DNA from: Antedon mediterranea
Taxonomy: Eukaryota > Animalia > Echinodermata
Length of the DNA stretch: 64,000 nt
Direction: 5' to 3'
Assembly: GCF_964355755.1 (NCBI RefSeq)
Contig: NC_092679.1
Coordinates: 21,559,432-21,623,431 of the forward strand
Part shown: piece by piece, positions 52,201 through 64,000 of the stretch
Layout of the letters: every line of letters starts with the position of its first letter
Position numbering within the stretch: the stretch's first letter is position 1
Translations under genes and position numbers: made by a program
Notes under the pieces: model-generated
What the model saw: the letters and a program-made list of their open reading frames with translations, nothing else
Told to the model about the DNA's origin: nothing
The model's database searches: none

Positions 52201-55200
52201 GGAGTGTTAATCAGTTTTAAAAAAAAGTTAAAATTACAATCTACATGATAACATGTATTTAACCTGTGATCACTGACATTAAGCGAACTTACTTCTTCCA
52301 CAAGATCTTAATAGTAAGATAAATACATACGTTATAGTAGGCAAACAAACGGGTGCCATTTGGTGGCAGCAGTCGACACAAAGGGAACCTTAGGGGAGAA
52401 GAAAGTTATTATATGTTCCATCCACACATGTGCACAATTCAGCCCAGTTAGGTTGCAAGTCGCAGGTTATTCCAACACATTTACATTATAGTATTGAAAT
52501 GTCCATGAGGTTGTAAATTGACAGACAAATTCATGCAACAATTGTAATATGAGTCGGTTTTTTTTTTTATTGGATTTTGAATATATATTGCTAATTTTTA
52601 TAGGCTGAAGAAATGTTAGATGTTGTTGGAATGGAAGACTCCGGTGAGTGCATCAAGCTAGATGGTTCGTCAAAAGATTTCACGATTCCTCCGAAGAAAT
52701 GTATACATAAATGCAGACTAATCAAAAGACACCGAACAAAACGTAGACAGCAGATGTTGAGCAGGCACTCATCGTCCAATGAGTCAAACGGGGACGATTC
52801 CGACAACATAGATTCCGAGAACGAGGCTCTCGCAACCAGTCCCGAACCTATGGATAGCGAGAGTGGGGAATCTAACGAAGAACAAGCTGGTAGTGAAGCC
52901 AGTGAATCTAGTATGGACACGCCAACAAAGTTATCACCGTGCTTAAAAAATATTAAAGAATGTAATCGGAGCGACGGTAGTAGCGTAGGTAGCAGTAAGC
53001 ACGAGCTTGAGGAGATAGATCGGTTACGAGAAGACTTATCTGAAAGTCCAATCAAAGCCAAACGAGCAACGATAAACTTAGATCATACTTTTAAAAGACA
53101 AAGACTGCAAGCATTACGCAAGTCTAAACCGTTTAGACTAAAAGACGAGATTCTTTCCGATAGCGACAACGATGAGGAAGATGAAAGCGTAAAAAAATGT
53201 GAAAAGTTAGTCCAGGTTGTTTCGGGGATGCACGTTTACCCGAACGCCTCCGATATTTTGGACTCTGATGTGGATAATTTAATTGTGTTGTCGTCTCAAC
53301 GGCGGTGTTCACAATCTGAGGAGTTTACGGGCGAGATCAGTGCTGACGTGGAAGTTTATGATTGTAGAGGTTTTAAACCATTTCCTCAAGGGATTAGAAA
53401 GTAAGTGAACTATAATAGAACCTCTATTAAGGGGACACCTTCAGGACCCAAAAAAGTGTCCTCTTAATTTCCCCCTCTCCCTAACCTTTGCCTGAATAGG
53501 ATGTGTTCTACTGTCTATTAATCTTCATCTTTTACTTGACATTTTTTTTTAATGTGATAGAATATAGTACTTCATAAAAGAATCTTTCTTTGATTGAATC
53601 TAGCATTGATATTTTAAGCCCTGAAGACATAAGCTGTAGCAGTTCCCAGGGCAGTACCAAATCAGAGAAGAACATGGCAGATTTTGATGGTGAGGACTCC
53701 ACTGGTGAGGATGAGTTTATCCAGTTGAATCAGCAGCTACATCTGCAATTGAAAGGGCAGCTTAGTCTGCCAGAGATTGACTCGGTGTATGCAAAACATG
53801 CTAAAGGTTAGTAATAGTACACATGCTCAAGTGTATTTCTTTGAAAGGGAAATTACGCCTGCTGGAGAATCGGACTCAAGCTTCTCTTAGTGTTAAATAT
53901 TTGAATGGTGTCATCAGTCCTAATGCACTTGTATGACCCACTAAACAACCCCCGTGAGAGGTGTGTCATTTGTTCCGATGTGCGTTATACCTTATGAATA
54001 CCATGCTTAAAAAAGTGTGACTTGCCTTTAGGTGACCATAACGCACCCATGATATGGTGGGTGGTAAAGTGACTGACATTGACACACCATTGTTCATTGA
54101 TGTGACATACTCCTGCATCAATAATTATTTGTAAATGACATTTGACATGCACCTGTCCCAAGGGATAGAGGGTTGACAAGTGCATAATGTCTTTCTAAAG
54201 AAAAATTGCTGTGAAAAACAATTTAAGCCCACTGTGTATATAATTTGATAAAAACCATTGACTGTTTATTCTTGTTGTCACATCTTTTAATGTGAGCTAC
54301 CTAGCTTATAATCTTTGTATACATTTTTCCTCTTTGAACCATGGGCACCTAGGCTTGACTTCTTTCCCACATCAATTCAATTATGAGTCTGTGATCTTTG
54401 ATAGTGCCACCCAAGGATAATAATAAAGAATAATGGATAATTCTTATACTGAAAATTAAAAGGTGTTTTGGAATGAAAAATTTGATAACATGCTACAATT
54501 CTTATAGGTACGTGCTCTCTGAGGAGTTCTTGTGATGATCAGCAAGGACCGTATAAGGATTTCAATTTTGATGTAGTTTGTAAGAAGGGACACACTCTTC
54601 TTTGGGACTTGGTGCAAGATAGTATTGCTGTGAGTATCAGTCATAGTCTTTTACCTTTTTTCTTTACACTGGGCGACCTGGGTCAAGACTGTCATCCTAG
54701 AGGACCCAGTGTACTGTAGGACCATGATCAACACACCAGGAGATGATCTCTTACTTTTTTGAAAAGTGTAAAAATGTCTATGATTATCATGCTTATGTGT
54801 AACAGGACCAACAGCTTTATGGCATATTCGAAGAACGAGGCAATGAGAGTGTCTTACCTAAGGATACAAGAGTAAATGTGGCAGAGACAGGTCTCGAACC
54901 CATACATCTCGCATGCCAATATCCCCTTCCATTATTACGTCATGCTTTTCTCTCTTTTCTCTTGCTGGTGAAAGAAAATTAGAGGTTTATTTGTAAAATG
55001 CCTACCATATTAAACCTAATTTCTGGTTCAATTAAATTTCACTAGAATTCCAATTAATGTATTAACCTCACTGCTTTTACTCTACCTCCCTTATCGAACT
55101 GTTAAAGTTATCTGAGTGTCGTGTTTATGAGAGAAGGCTATTCTTAATTTTTATACAATTGTGATTTACTTTATTTTGTATGTATTGCTTAATTTTTTCA

Positions 55201-58200
55201 GTCCCAGCTAGGAGAAGGCTTAGCTGTAGAAGCGGAGAAGATGCTTAGTACACTAGTATGTGTTTTCCCTGAGAGGGAAATACGGATGAAGTTCGTTGAA
55301 GGATGCCTTGATAATTTAAAACACCACCGGTACGATTTTATTTTTTTAAACTGTTCTTTAAAACTGTAGATCCAGTATTCACAATTAGCTCTTTTGTAGA
55401 TTATCTCCTGTTGATAAGAGTAGCGAGTTACTTGTACACATCTCTTGGATGAGTGGTTGCCTGTAGTGGCTACATTGACATGTCATTCACAACTGTGCTT
55501 CATATTATTTAATTTATGTTACTTTTCTCTTTCAGATCTGTTGTCGTATCATTAAGACTTCTACCTAAACTCTTTGGTTCTTTTCAACAATATAGGAATA
55601 ACTGTAATACCCATTGGATTACTATGTAAGTTTATTTGTTTAAAAAATAGTTTTATTATATCAAGATGTCGGTAATTCAGAAATTTTAAACAAACACTGT
55701 TGTTTTTCAATTTCAATTCAATTTCTTTTTATTTCGGAAATATCATCCATATTAATAAACTTATAAACAGAAGAAGATCTTCATATCAGTGCCAGAATTA
55801 CACATTTTTCCTGTTTTGTTTCTGAATGTATGATGGCCAAGTGTACAATTTATAATTGATTTATGATACAGGGATGCACAGTGTTTCACAGGTTAATATC
55901 TAAAAACTCTTTTTTGCAGGTGGGCAGAAGAAGAACTTCACATGATGGAACATTTCTTTAAGGATTTAGTTTATTATACACAGAAAAGAAAGAATGGAGA
56001 AAGGGATAAAGGACTGTGAGTTTCATTTTTAGGTTTATATATAGTAAAATCTCTATTAAAGGACTCAGTACTGTATATCCTTAGTGGTGTATCCTTCATT
56101 TAACAGAAAGTGTTTTCTTAACAGCAATGTCCCCTTAATAGGAGTGTCCAAAAAGACGGGTTCTCCTCTGTAGTGTAATTGTATTGATTGAATATATCAT
56201 ATTTGTCATGAGTAAATGTTTATGGCTGTTTTAACTGCAATTTATATTGTTTCCTTGCAATGCTGTTTCTATGGTTTATTTGAAAACCCTGTATGCATAC
56301 AAACAGTGTCTCAATACATTATAGCATTAAATATATTTAAAACCACAGGAACAACATACACATATAATAAGTAATACATGATTATACAAGATGTTTATTC
56401 TTTTTATTTATCAGATATTCCCATTCAACTGAAGTGCAAGTCCGTCTTCAATTTCTAAACTGCGTGTTTTCCACACTTGGTTCTCCGGATGATTTCAGTA
56501 AGTGAAATAACTAAAATAGTATCATCTTATCTTATAAGATTTTGAGGGTCATATATTGGAGCTGTGGCACAAATATTTTTTATTTTCTTTTGTAGGGTTA
56601 TCTGTAGATCAAGTGGACATTCTTTGGTCTTGCCTTGCTACGGATGAAGAGTGTTCTGATGGTGCTTTAAACTGGTTTTTGAACCAGGCTAGGAACAAGG
56701 ATCAACAGCATCCACTGGGCCTAGAAACATTTAAACATATCTTTTTTAACAAAGTAAGTACTATTGAAAATGTAACTGCACAGGCAGACATGCAGGCCAT
56801 CGTATATTCAATATACCCTGTAATGTGTTGGCTTAGCTCCAGATTTCTACTTTAAACACCTACTTTCAAACAAACATTTGAACCACATTCAATGTGCTCT
56901 GTAAACAGTAGGCTTATCTCCAAATTGCCTACATGTTGTGTACAAGTGAAAATGGGGAATGGTTGAAACTATATCTACTGTATTATCCAGAGAGCATTAA
57001 TTTAAACATGTGGTACAGTATATATTTGACATGGTTTAATTAACTAATTAGATAGCATGAATTAAAACCTATTTATATGATGCTTTGATTCTTTTTCTTG
57101 AATAAATAATATATGAATAAATATAATATACATATATTGACTATGCTGATGAGCATGGTTTTTAACCGATCATGTTGTCACTCTTATATCATTTTTTTCA
57201 GATGCCTTTACTTGAAGCTGACACAATCAGTATGACTGGTTTAAAGCTATTTCAACAGTTATGTAGCTTAGCTAGACTAGCTAACTCATCTTATGACAGC
57301 CCTGCGGTTGAGGTATGTACTTTTTCTAAACACGAGTATTTAATTTTCTGTTATCCTTGCATATTCTAAAATTTAGATAAAGAATATGCAACAATACTAC
57401 TAGAAAGGGTTTTATGAATTACTTGTTTTCAATGTGTTTTCCTAATTGTAAAATAATTTTACAATTATTTTCTTCTAAGATGCCTGGGATTGAACAACTG
57501 TGGAAAATAGCATTAAGAGCCAAAAATACGGATGTCAGCATATCTGCTATACAGTACTTGAATACTTATTATATAAATGGTGAGATTTCTGATAAAAATG
57601 TTGTACATTTTTTTTTTACTTCTGTTTGTTTGAGGTGTAACATAGGATGCCGATTAAATAGTGCTTAGCACTCATGGCAATCCTCAGGGTGCTGCACCGT
57701 CGACATTGTATTTTTTGTTAATTTTTTACCTGAAAATTGAATAAAACAAAACAATAATAAAGTGAATTGACTTATACTATAATTAATTTGATATCTAAAA
57801 TGTAATCATTTTATTTTGTTGGCAGCTGGTAATGGCACATTAGAGAAGGAGGAGGAGTTTATTCAGCTATGCATGGAGAGTTTATCAGGTGCGTCAGCGA
57901 AGCTGGCTGACTCACAAGAATCTAGTTTACTGGTGCTACAAAGAGGTTTAATTTTATTAAAGACACATTTAGAAGCTTTTAAGAAACGGTAATTTTTTGT
58001 CATTTTAATAGTTTACTATTGCCATGGCAGATGAGATATGCCAAAAAAAATATATATATATAATTTTTCTTTTAATTCAATAAACATTTATTTCATCAAA
58101 TGCCATACAAATAATATTGAGCATAAAATAAGGACCAACCTAGAAGTAAACTGGCGCTTGGCGCTTTATTATTCGTCTTAGGTTTAATCTATAGACCAAA

Positions 58201-61200
58201 CATAGCCACAATGTAGCGCCTAGCATGATCAGTAGAGAACAATCCCTTACTATTTTAGATTAGTATACCAAGTTTGTTATGGTACATTGTATGTACACAG
58301 GACCAACGGCTTTGCATCTCATCTGAAGGACAACCTAATGAGCATTATGAGCAATGTGTCAGATATTTCTCGAACCCATGCCTCTTGCATGCTATTCTGA
58401 TATCCCTTACCATTATGCCATATTGGTCTCATAAAATTTACACAGTTTAAAACTATTTTGTTTACAGATATTCATATCACTTACGTCAATGGCAACTGCT
58501 CAGTAAAGGCATCACAAGTCATGAAAAAAACAAAGTACAAAATGATGCAGAAGTTATCAGAGTGGTCTGTCAGATGGCTAGCATGTCTGAAAAGGTATTG
58601 AACAAACTTGACTACTTTTCTCAGTTTTACAGTAATTAATTAGTTAATAACTTACTATAAAAGTAAATTGTTTAGTTCTACTTTCAAATAATTAAATGCA
58701 ATTATTAATTTCCTTTTTCTCCCAGTTCACATTAGAATTACATCTTAATGACCTAGTTGCTGACCTTAGGGCAGAGGTCACACATTTCTCTGAGCGGCTA
58801 CAAAAGCAGCGTGACGACAAACCCAGACAACCTATCACATCCACGACCCATGGCTTCTCCAGCCTGTCCAGTTTTCTACTGGATAATCACGGACCAGTAC
58901 GAATGATATCGGCTGGACATGAGCTAACATCGGATCTTGACGAAAAAATGTTGAAAGAGATGGCTTTTGTAGACTTTCAGGTATGTAGTACCATATTTAG
59001 CTCTGTGGTGGTCTAACTGTATGGTACCTTCCCTGCCATTGAGTGGTTGCAGGTTCAAATCCTGCCAGAACATTTTTTTTTATGATAAGCTATGCTTTTT
59101 TATGACATCATCTTCCATGTAAGGCACTTTCCATAATTTTATTTTTGATGGGTCAGACCTTTTAATCTCATTACATCACATTTTCATAACCTATGCTCAA
59201 TATGTTTGTAAAGTCATTATCCAGGAACCTGGTTTGAAATATTGGCCTGATTTTGAATTATGTGCCAATTTTTTTAATTCAATATAAATTATTATTAAAT
59301 TGCGTTGCAGCTTGTTTATGTATCTTTCGGAGCTATACGAAGAGAACGTAAACGGGACACAATGGATCTACCGTCGTCATGTCTACCGCCACCACCTCGG
59401 GAGAAATTACCCATGATGCTTCTCCTGCAAGAACCATACTTTAGTTGTCTTTTAAATCTTCTACAACAATTGGAAGATATGAAGTGTGAATCACAGGTAA
59501 ACACTAGCTTACCTAAAATGGCCACTATTCAGAAAGTTTAAGATTATTTCAAAGCCACAATTTAAAAGTTATGTTGTCCCCCTGAAAAAATAATTTGTTT
59601 TAATTATTATTTTTTTATATATACCATTTTAATGTCACATTAGTTCACTTTTCACCAAAAATTAAATTTAAAAAATGTTTTTTACCTGAAAAAACTGTAA
59701 TTCAAAATTATTTTCAGTTAAATTTAACTGCTTATATTGTCGATTTAGAGGTGAAATAATTTGTGTGTTTATTTGTTTTCTATGGAAGTGATTATAAAAA
59801 CTGCAAAATAGCCTATTCAAAGTCTGATTTTATTAATCTTAATTGTTCATGTTTTGGGGGACAATACATGTTTTTAACTTGCTAAAGTAAGCCACTGACT
59901 TCTGGAACAATTTCTTGTCCTTGTAAAACTGGACTTTTTTTCTTATATACAAGACTATTCCTTGCTTACGATCCCTTTTTCATCATTGTCTTAACTTTAT
60001 TATACAGTAATTGGCACAGTATGTTCTTTAAATCCTTAAGACCTAATTTATATTATCATATAGATACAATTACGTTAATATTTTGTTTTGTTTTGTTGAA
60101 ACAGGATGAGCAAAACAAACAAGACTACATGTCCAGAGCTCAAGTACTATCAAGAAACGTCTGGGATCTATTAATGCTCCTACCAACCAGTGCTGATATG
60201 CTTAATAAATTTAAGAATATTAAAGTTACTACTAAGGTCAGTAGAACCCTATTAAGAGGACACCCTTTTGACCCCTTAAAGGAGGTGTCCCCTGAATAGT
60301 GGTTACCATAGTGTTAAGACATATATTGCTTCTTGTTAGTTTTAAAGGAGTTCATTTAAGTTCATTTAATAGGAGAATATATTAAAAAATTGATAAGCAA
60401 GACTGTGCCATTATTGTAGATTTCTTAAAGCTCAGTCTACACTATCAAACTTTATGTGACAAAAAAAAATGTGATGTGCCCATATATGAACACAATGATG
60501 TCATATCACTACCATAGTGCATATTCCATATTTGGGCACATCACATAAAGTTTGATAGTGTAGACAGAGGTTTTTAAAAATAGAAAATTAATTTATTTAA
60601 TATTTGTAATTTTTAGGAAGAACAAACCAGCAGAAGGTTATCAGATGGCAATGTGCAGTCAAGCGTGAACTGGAGTGAGTTGTTGGATGAGAGCAAGTTG
60701 CATAAATTACTGTACTCATTACAAATCATTGAAACACTTGGACAACCTGCTAAAGGAAGCAAAAGAAGCAAATCAGTGGTAAGAAGTACTAAGAAATTTA
60801 TTTGTTGTGATCGTAGCAGTGACAGATTCGAGATTTTGAAATATGGGGCAGAGGGCCTAAAGTTCTGTCTACACTATCAAATTACTTTGACAAAAAAATG
60901 TGATGTACCCAAATATGGTAGGGATGCCCAAATATTGTAGTGATATGCCCAAATATTGTATTGATATGCCCAAATATGGTAGTGATATTCCCAAATATGG
61001 TAGTGATATGACATCACCATGTCCATATGGGCACATCACATAAAGTTTGATAGTGTAGACAGAGCCTAAAAATGTGAAATTAAGTACTGAACATATCCTA
61101 ATGTCCTATAGGTTGTATTGTAATTTACTAACCCTAACCCTACACTATCAAACTTTATGTGACAAAAAATGTGATGTGCCCATATATGGACATGATGATG

Positions 61201-63486
61201 TCATATTACTACCATGTTTCATATATCCTCACTATATTTGGGCACATCACATTTTTTTTGTTAAACTAGTTTGATAGTGTAGTGTTACACTTTTTTATAC
61301 CGTCACCACTCATAATTGGTTCGTGAAATCTAATACATTTCCTTCAGAACACCCCAATTTTAAATCGTTGAAATAACAATAAATGTTATATTTTTGTAGG
61401 CTGCTATTGGTAGAGCTGATATTTCTCAACAACCTGGGACTTCAGATTTAGGCAACATACAGGTTAGTAGTATAATGTGAGTACTTACTTGGATAAACCA
61501 ATCAATGCCATTGTTTTCTCTTTGAATTGCCACATGTTATAACGTTTCCCTTCATTCAAATAGTAATAATAGTTTATCTATTTTGCATACCTTTTAATTG
61601 ATGCAAATATTTTACATTGCAACTTTATCAAATATTGTTTTTTATTTGTTTCAGGCTTCTAAGAGTGACTCGTGCTTATATAGTACTGAATCGGATGATG
61701 ATAGCAAAGATGTATGGTCATTAATGGTAAGAGTGTCATACTTGAAACATATGCGCATGTACAGAATGACTTTAGTACTCAACAGCTACTTATTCATGAT
61801 AATGAAAGCTCCTCATTGTTTCTACTACTAAGTTTTTGTCAGGACTTGGTTGTTTTAATGTTTTTGTTTGATTGTATATGTTTGTATGATGTAGTATGTT
61901 TAAGCGGATATTAGCCATTGATGGTATTTGCAGCAATAAAGAAATTTAATTGAATTCTGTGTTTTTTTTTTGTCACAGTTTATCAAGACAGGTGGTTTAA
62001 AACATCTTTTTAGCATCTTCATGTCTGGCCATCTTGAACCAAAAGAAGACCAACAATGGACCATTGTAAGTTTAATCTTCATGTCCATATATGGGCATGC
62101 CACATAAAGTTTGATAGTGTAGACAGAGCTTTAAAAATGTAAAACATATGTACTATGTATACAAATTGCTTGAACACTTTATTTTGTTTTTATTTTAGTG
62201 GCAACAAGATTGTTTAGCGTGTGTGCTCAAACTGATCAATGAGTTTGCGTTGGACCAGGTGACAATGGAAATTGGACAAGATGACGTGTTTGACAGTTTA
62301 CCAGAGTTTGACGTATTACCTAAGAAGTCAAGGGGCGGAAAGAACAAACCATTCACAGACGAGAAGAAGTCTGTCAAGCGGCTGTCTCAAGTAAGTAACT
62401 TACTTCCTAAAGAAATTTCTGAAGAGTAGAAAATCTTACGAAATGTTGGTGTTCAAGATGTTTTGGACTTTTCTGGTTGTTCTGAGATATTTTGACACAA
62501 GTTTATGCTTTTTATTTTAGGAATTGTTAGAGATGATGTCACAAGATGGAGTATTAACTAAGTTAATGGATGTTTTGTACCAAGCAGCTGCAATGAGGGA
62601 AACTGGGCAAGTGCAATCGGGCTATTGGGGTAAGCAGATTCAACAAATATTCCGTCAAACGCAACATACGTGTCCCTGTGGCTGTATTTAATAATAATAC
62701 CTAGGCTAAGGGAAACAGTTACACTTCAAATTTTACAAATTCTCCTATGACTTTAGTTAAAGTGTAATTGATTGAATTTGAATCCATACGACATACTATT
62801 AAACGCCTAAAATTAAATTTACAACAATCAACAACATAATAGTGTGTAGATTTAAAGAAACATTTGAATTGATATAATTTATTCTTACAGTTGTGCATTA
62901 TGCAATGATGCTACTCAAGTCCTGGGGAACGAGTAACTCAACGGTCAAGAGTCAGTTGGTCAAAAGTCCAAACTTTGACCAATGGCTACTTCGCATGGTG
63001 TTGAAAACACCAGAGGTATGTTTGTTTGGTGTCACAATGATTGTAAACTTCTGTGAATACTTACCTGAATAAAACGCCACAATTTTATTTAATCTGATTT
63101 AATATTTCAACAAATATTATGTCATCATCATGAAACATATAATTTCATCAGTAGTATGTTTTAAATTTGTTTTTTAATGTTTTATTTTTTTTTTAAATCT
63201 GATTCTGGTAGGAGTTTTTTTATTCCGACGGTTTAATTAGTGGTGGTGTTTATCATTATGTATTCTGATGATTGTTTTGTTGTACGTTATAGAGAAAAGG
63301 GAAACAAAATAAATTAAATAAACCTAAAAAACTGATATTTTACAGCGGTACGTTCGGAATGAAGTTCGCAACGGTTTGTTTGATCTTTGTGAGGACAATA
63401 AAGAACCTTGTCAGAAGTTTATATGGTCCCTTCTTTCAACTCTCCTTAATTTCTTACCAGTTGCCCAAGAAATTAAACCAAAGAAG
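40245..63486 (+). CDS. USP34: Ubiquitin carboxyl-terminal hydrolase 34, N-terminal portion (gene continues beyond the window; USP catalytic domain not reached)
   Basis: Starts MATCDSCADL (40245-40293), then 42442-42526, 43917-44454 (RQCNCCFKEF...LLHLVAKVFQMNFALYAAHKH), 44838-44888, 47602-47751 (LLRNVCFFCD), 48371-48438 (RIWLHI), 48640-48831 (DLRQTSARNMADMMW...STLTMRLTGLNQI), 49648-49726 (EHIFGPNLHLE), 50119-50337 (HIDCIWNTAQLKH), 53604-53806 (SEKNMADFDGE), 56596-56753 (QVDILWSCL), 57480-57579 (GIEQLWKIALRA), 60105-60236 (VWDLLMLLPT), 60617-60778 (KLLYSLQII), and further exons to 63346-63486. About 35 exons; boundaries approximate. Confidence 0.92.
41381..41463. repeat. Perfect palindrome, 41-bp arms with 1-nt spacer
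   Basis: agcctttcgagtataattctaatcattttaaaaataagtat-g-exact reverse complement. Confidence 0.95.
42651..42813. mobile_element. Tc1/pogo-type MITE
   Basis: TA-CAGTCGAATCTCCC...GGAGAGTTGACTG-TA termini. Confidence 0.6.
47340..47497. repeat. 17-bp minisatellite (gtgtccccttaatacgg), about 9 copies
   Basis: Near-perfect tandem units; the same motif occurs in dispersed CAGTA-terminated MITE-like copies (about 29393, 53413, 56041, 60238). Confidence 0.9.
47876..48055. mobile_element. MITE family A, full copy (others at about 46180-46295, 51721-51842, 51910-52021)
   Basis: Same TIRs and core. Confidence 0.75.
54670..54940 (-). mobile_element. tRNA-derived SINE (related fragments at about 34345-34740 and 58290-58420)
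   Basis: Shared acaggaccaac[a/g]gcttt...tctcgaacccat...cccttaccatta[c/t]g; B-box GGTTCGAGA on the minus strand. Confidence 0.5.
59565..59876. mobile_element. MITE family B copy (another inverted copy at about 63530-63837)
   Basis: Degenerate TIRs tgttgtccccctgaaaa...ggggacaatacat with TTAA flanks. Confidence 0.65.
60426..61282. mobile_element. Cluster of three family A MITEs (60426-60573, 60858-61068, 61140-61282) around a USP34 exon; another fragment at 62077-62132
   Basis: Same TIRs; the 60858 copy has an expanded internal 20-bp unit. Confidence 0.72.
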
Positions 63487-64000
63487 GTGAGTGTATTTAT
63501 TTATTTATTATTTTTTTTTTTTTCAATTTACAGATGTATTTTCCACCAAAAACATGAAAAATTCAGATTACTAAAATCCGAATTAGGCCACTTTGCAATT
63601 TTAGTAAAGTTATTCAAATCTGTAGAAAAAAAACCCTACAAAAATAATTATTTCACTTATAAAAAGACAAAAGAAACAGTTAATTTAAACCAAAAACCAT
63701 TGTCTGATTTTTACTTTTATTACATTTTTTTCAGGTAAATCATTTTCGATACAATTTTTAGTCAAAGTGAATAACTATTATGTGACATTAAAATGGCATA
63801 TTGTTAAAAAATTGTTTAGGGGGACAATATATCTTAATGTAACAAAATCAATTGTATTTAATTTGTTCAAGTTTAGTATGGTTTTACTAATTTGTGCTCA
63901 TGTACTTTGTTACTATTAAAAATGGTTTAGGCAATTAAAAAACGTTTTCTACTTCCTGAGTACTTTACAATTTCATAATTGCTCTTTATCAATCTAATTA

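Noticed and set aside
52591-53061. 156-aa minus-strand ORF
   Set aside because: Antisense shadow of the large USP34 exon.
56076-56097. ATATCCTT/GTATCCTT U12-type donor motifs
   Set aside because: Not at exon ends; they lie inside a repeat fragment.

Overview
AT-rich, intron-rich animal genomic DNA (probably an invertebrate deuterostome such as an echinoderm; this is an inference from gene content, not an identification). Four spliced protein-coding genes can be rebuilt by hand from GT-AG exons: DMAC2/ATP5SL (+, 6263-8465), AHSA1 (-, 18751-11624), a CatSper gamma subunit gene (+, 26007-39148) and the 5' part of USP34 (+, from 40245, running off the window). Introns and intergenic DNA hold many mobile elements: a 5'-truncated Rex1/Babar-like LINE nested inside a TIR element, a decayed LINE interrupted by a DINE-1/HINE-like element, about 20 copies of a Harbinger-type MITE carrying CArG boxes, a TTAA-flanked Kolobok-type MITE family, and tRNA-derived SINEs. 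The most notable signals are a tandem pair of minimal hammerhead ribozymes in a Penelope/retrozyme-like direct repeat (with two further relic copies), tRNA-like sequences inside DNA elements, TAGGCCTA/CTAG clusters at gene 5' ends, a perfect 83-bp palindrome, and an apparently ancient AHSA-USP34 linkage. No bacterial-type system (CRISPR etc.) is present. All family assignments come from motif recognition, not database searches.
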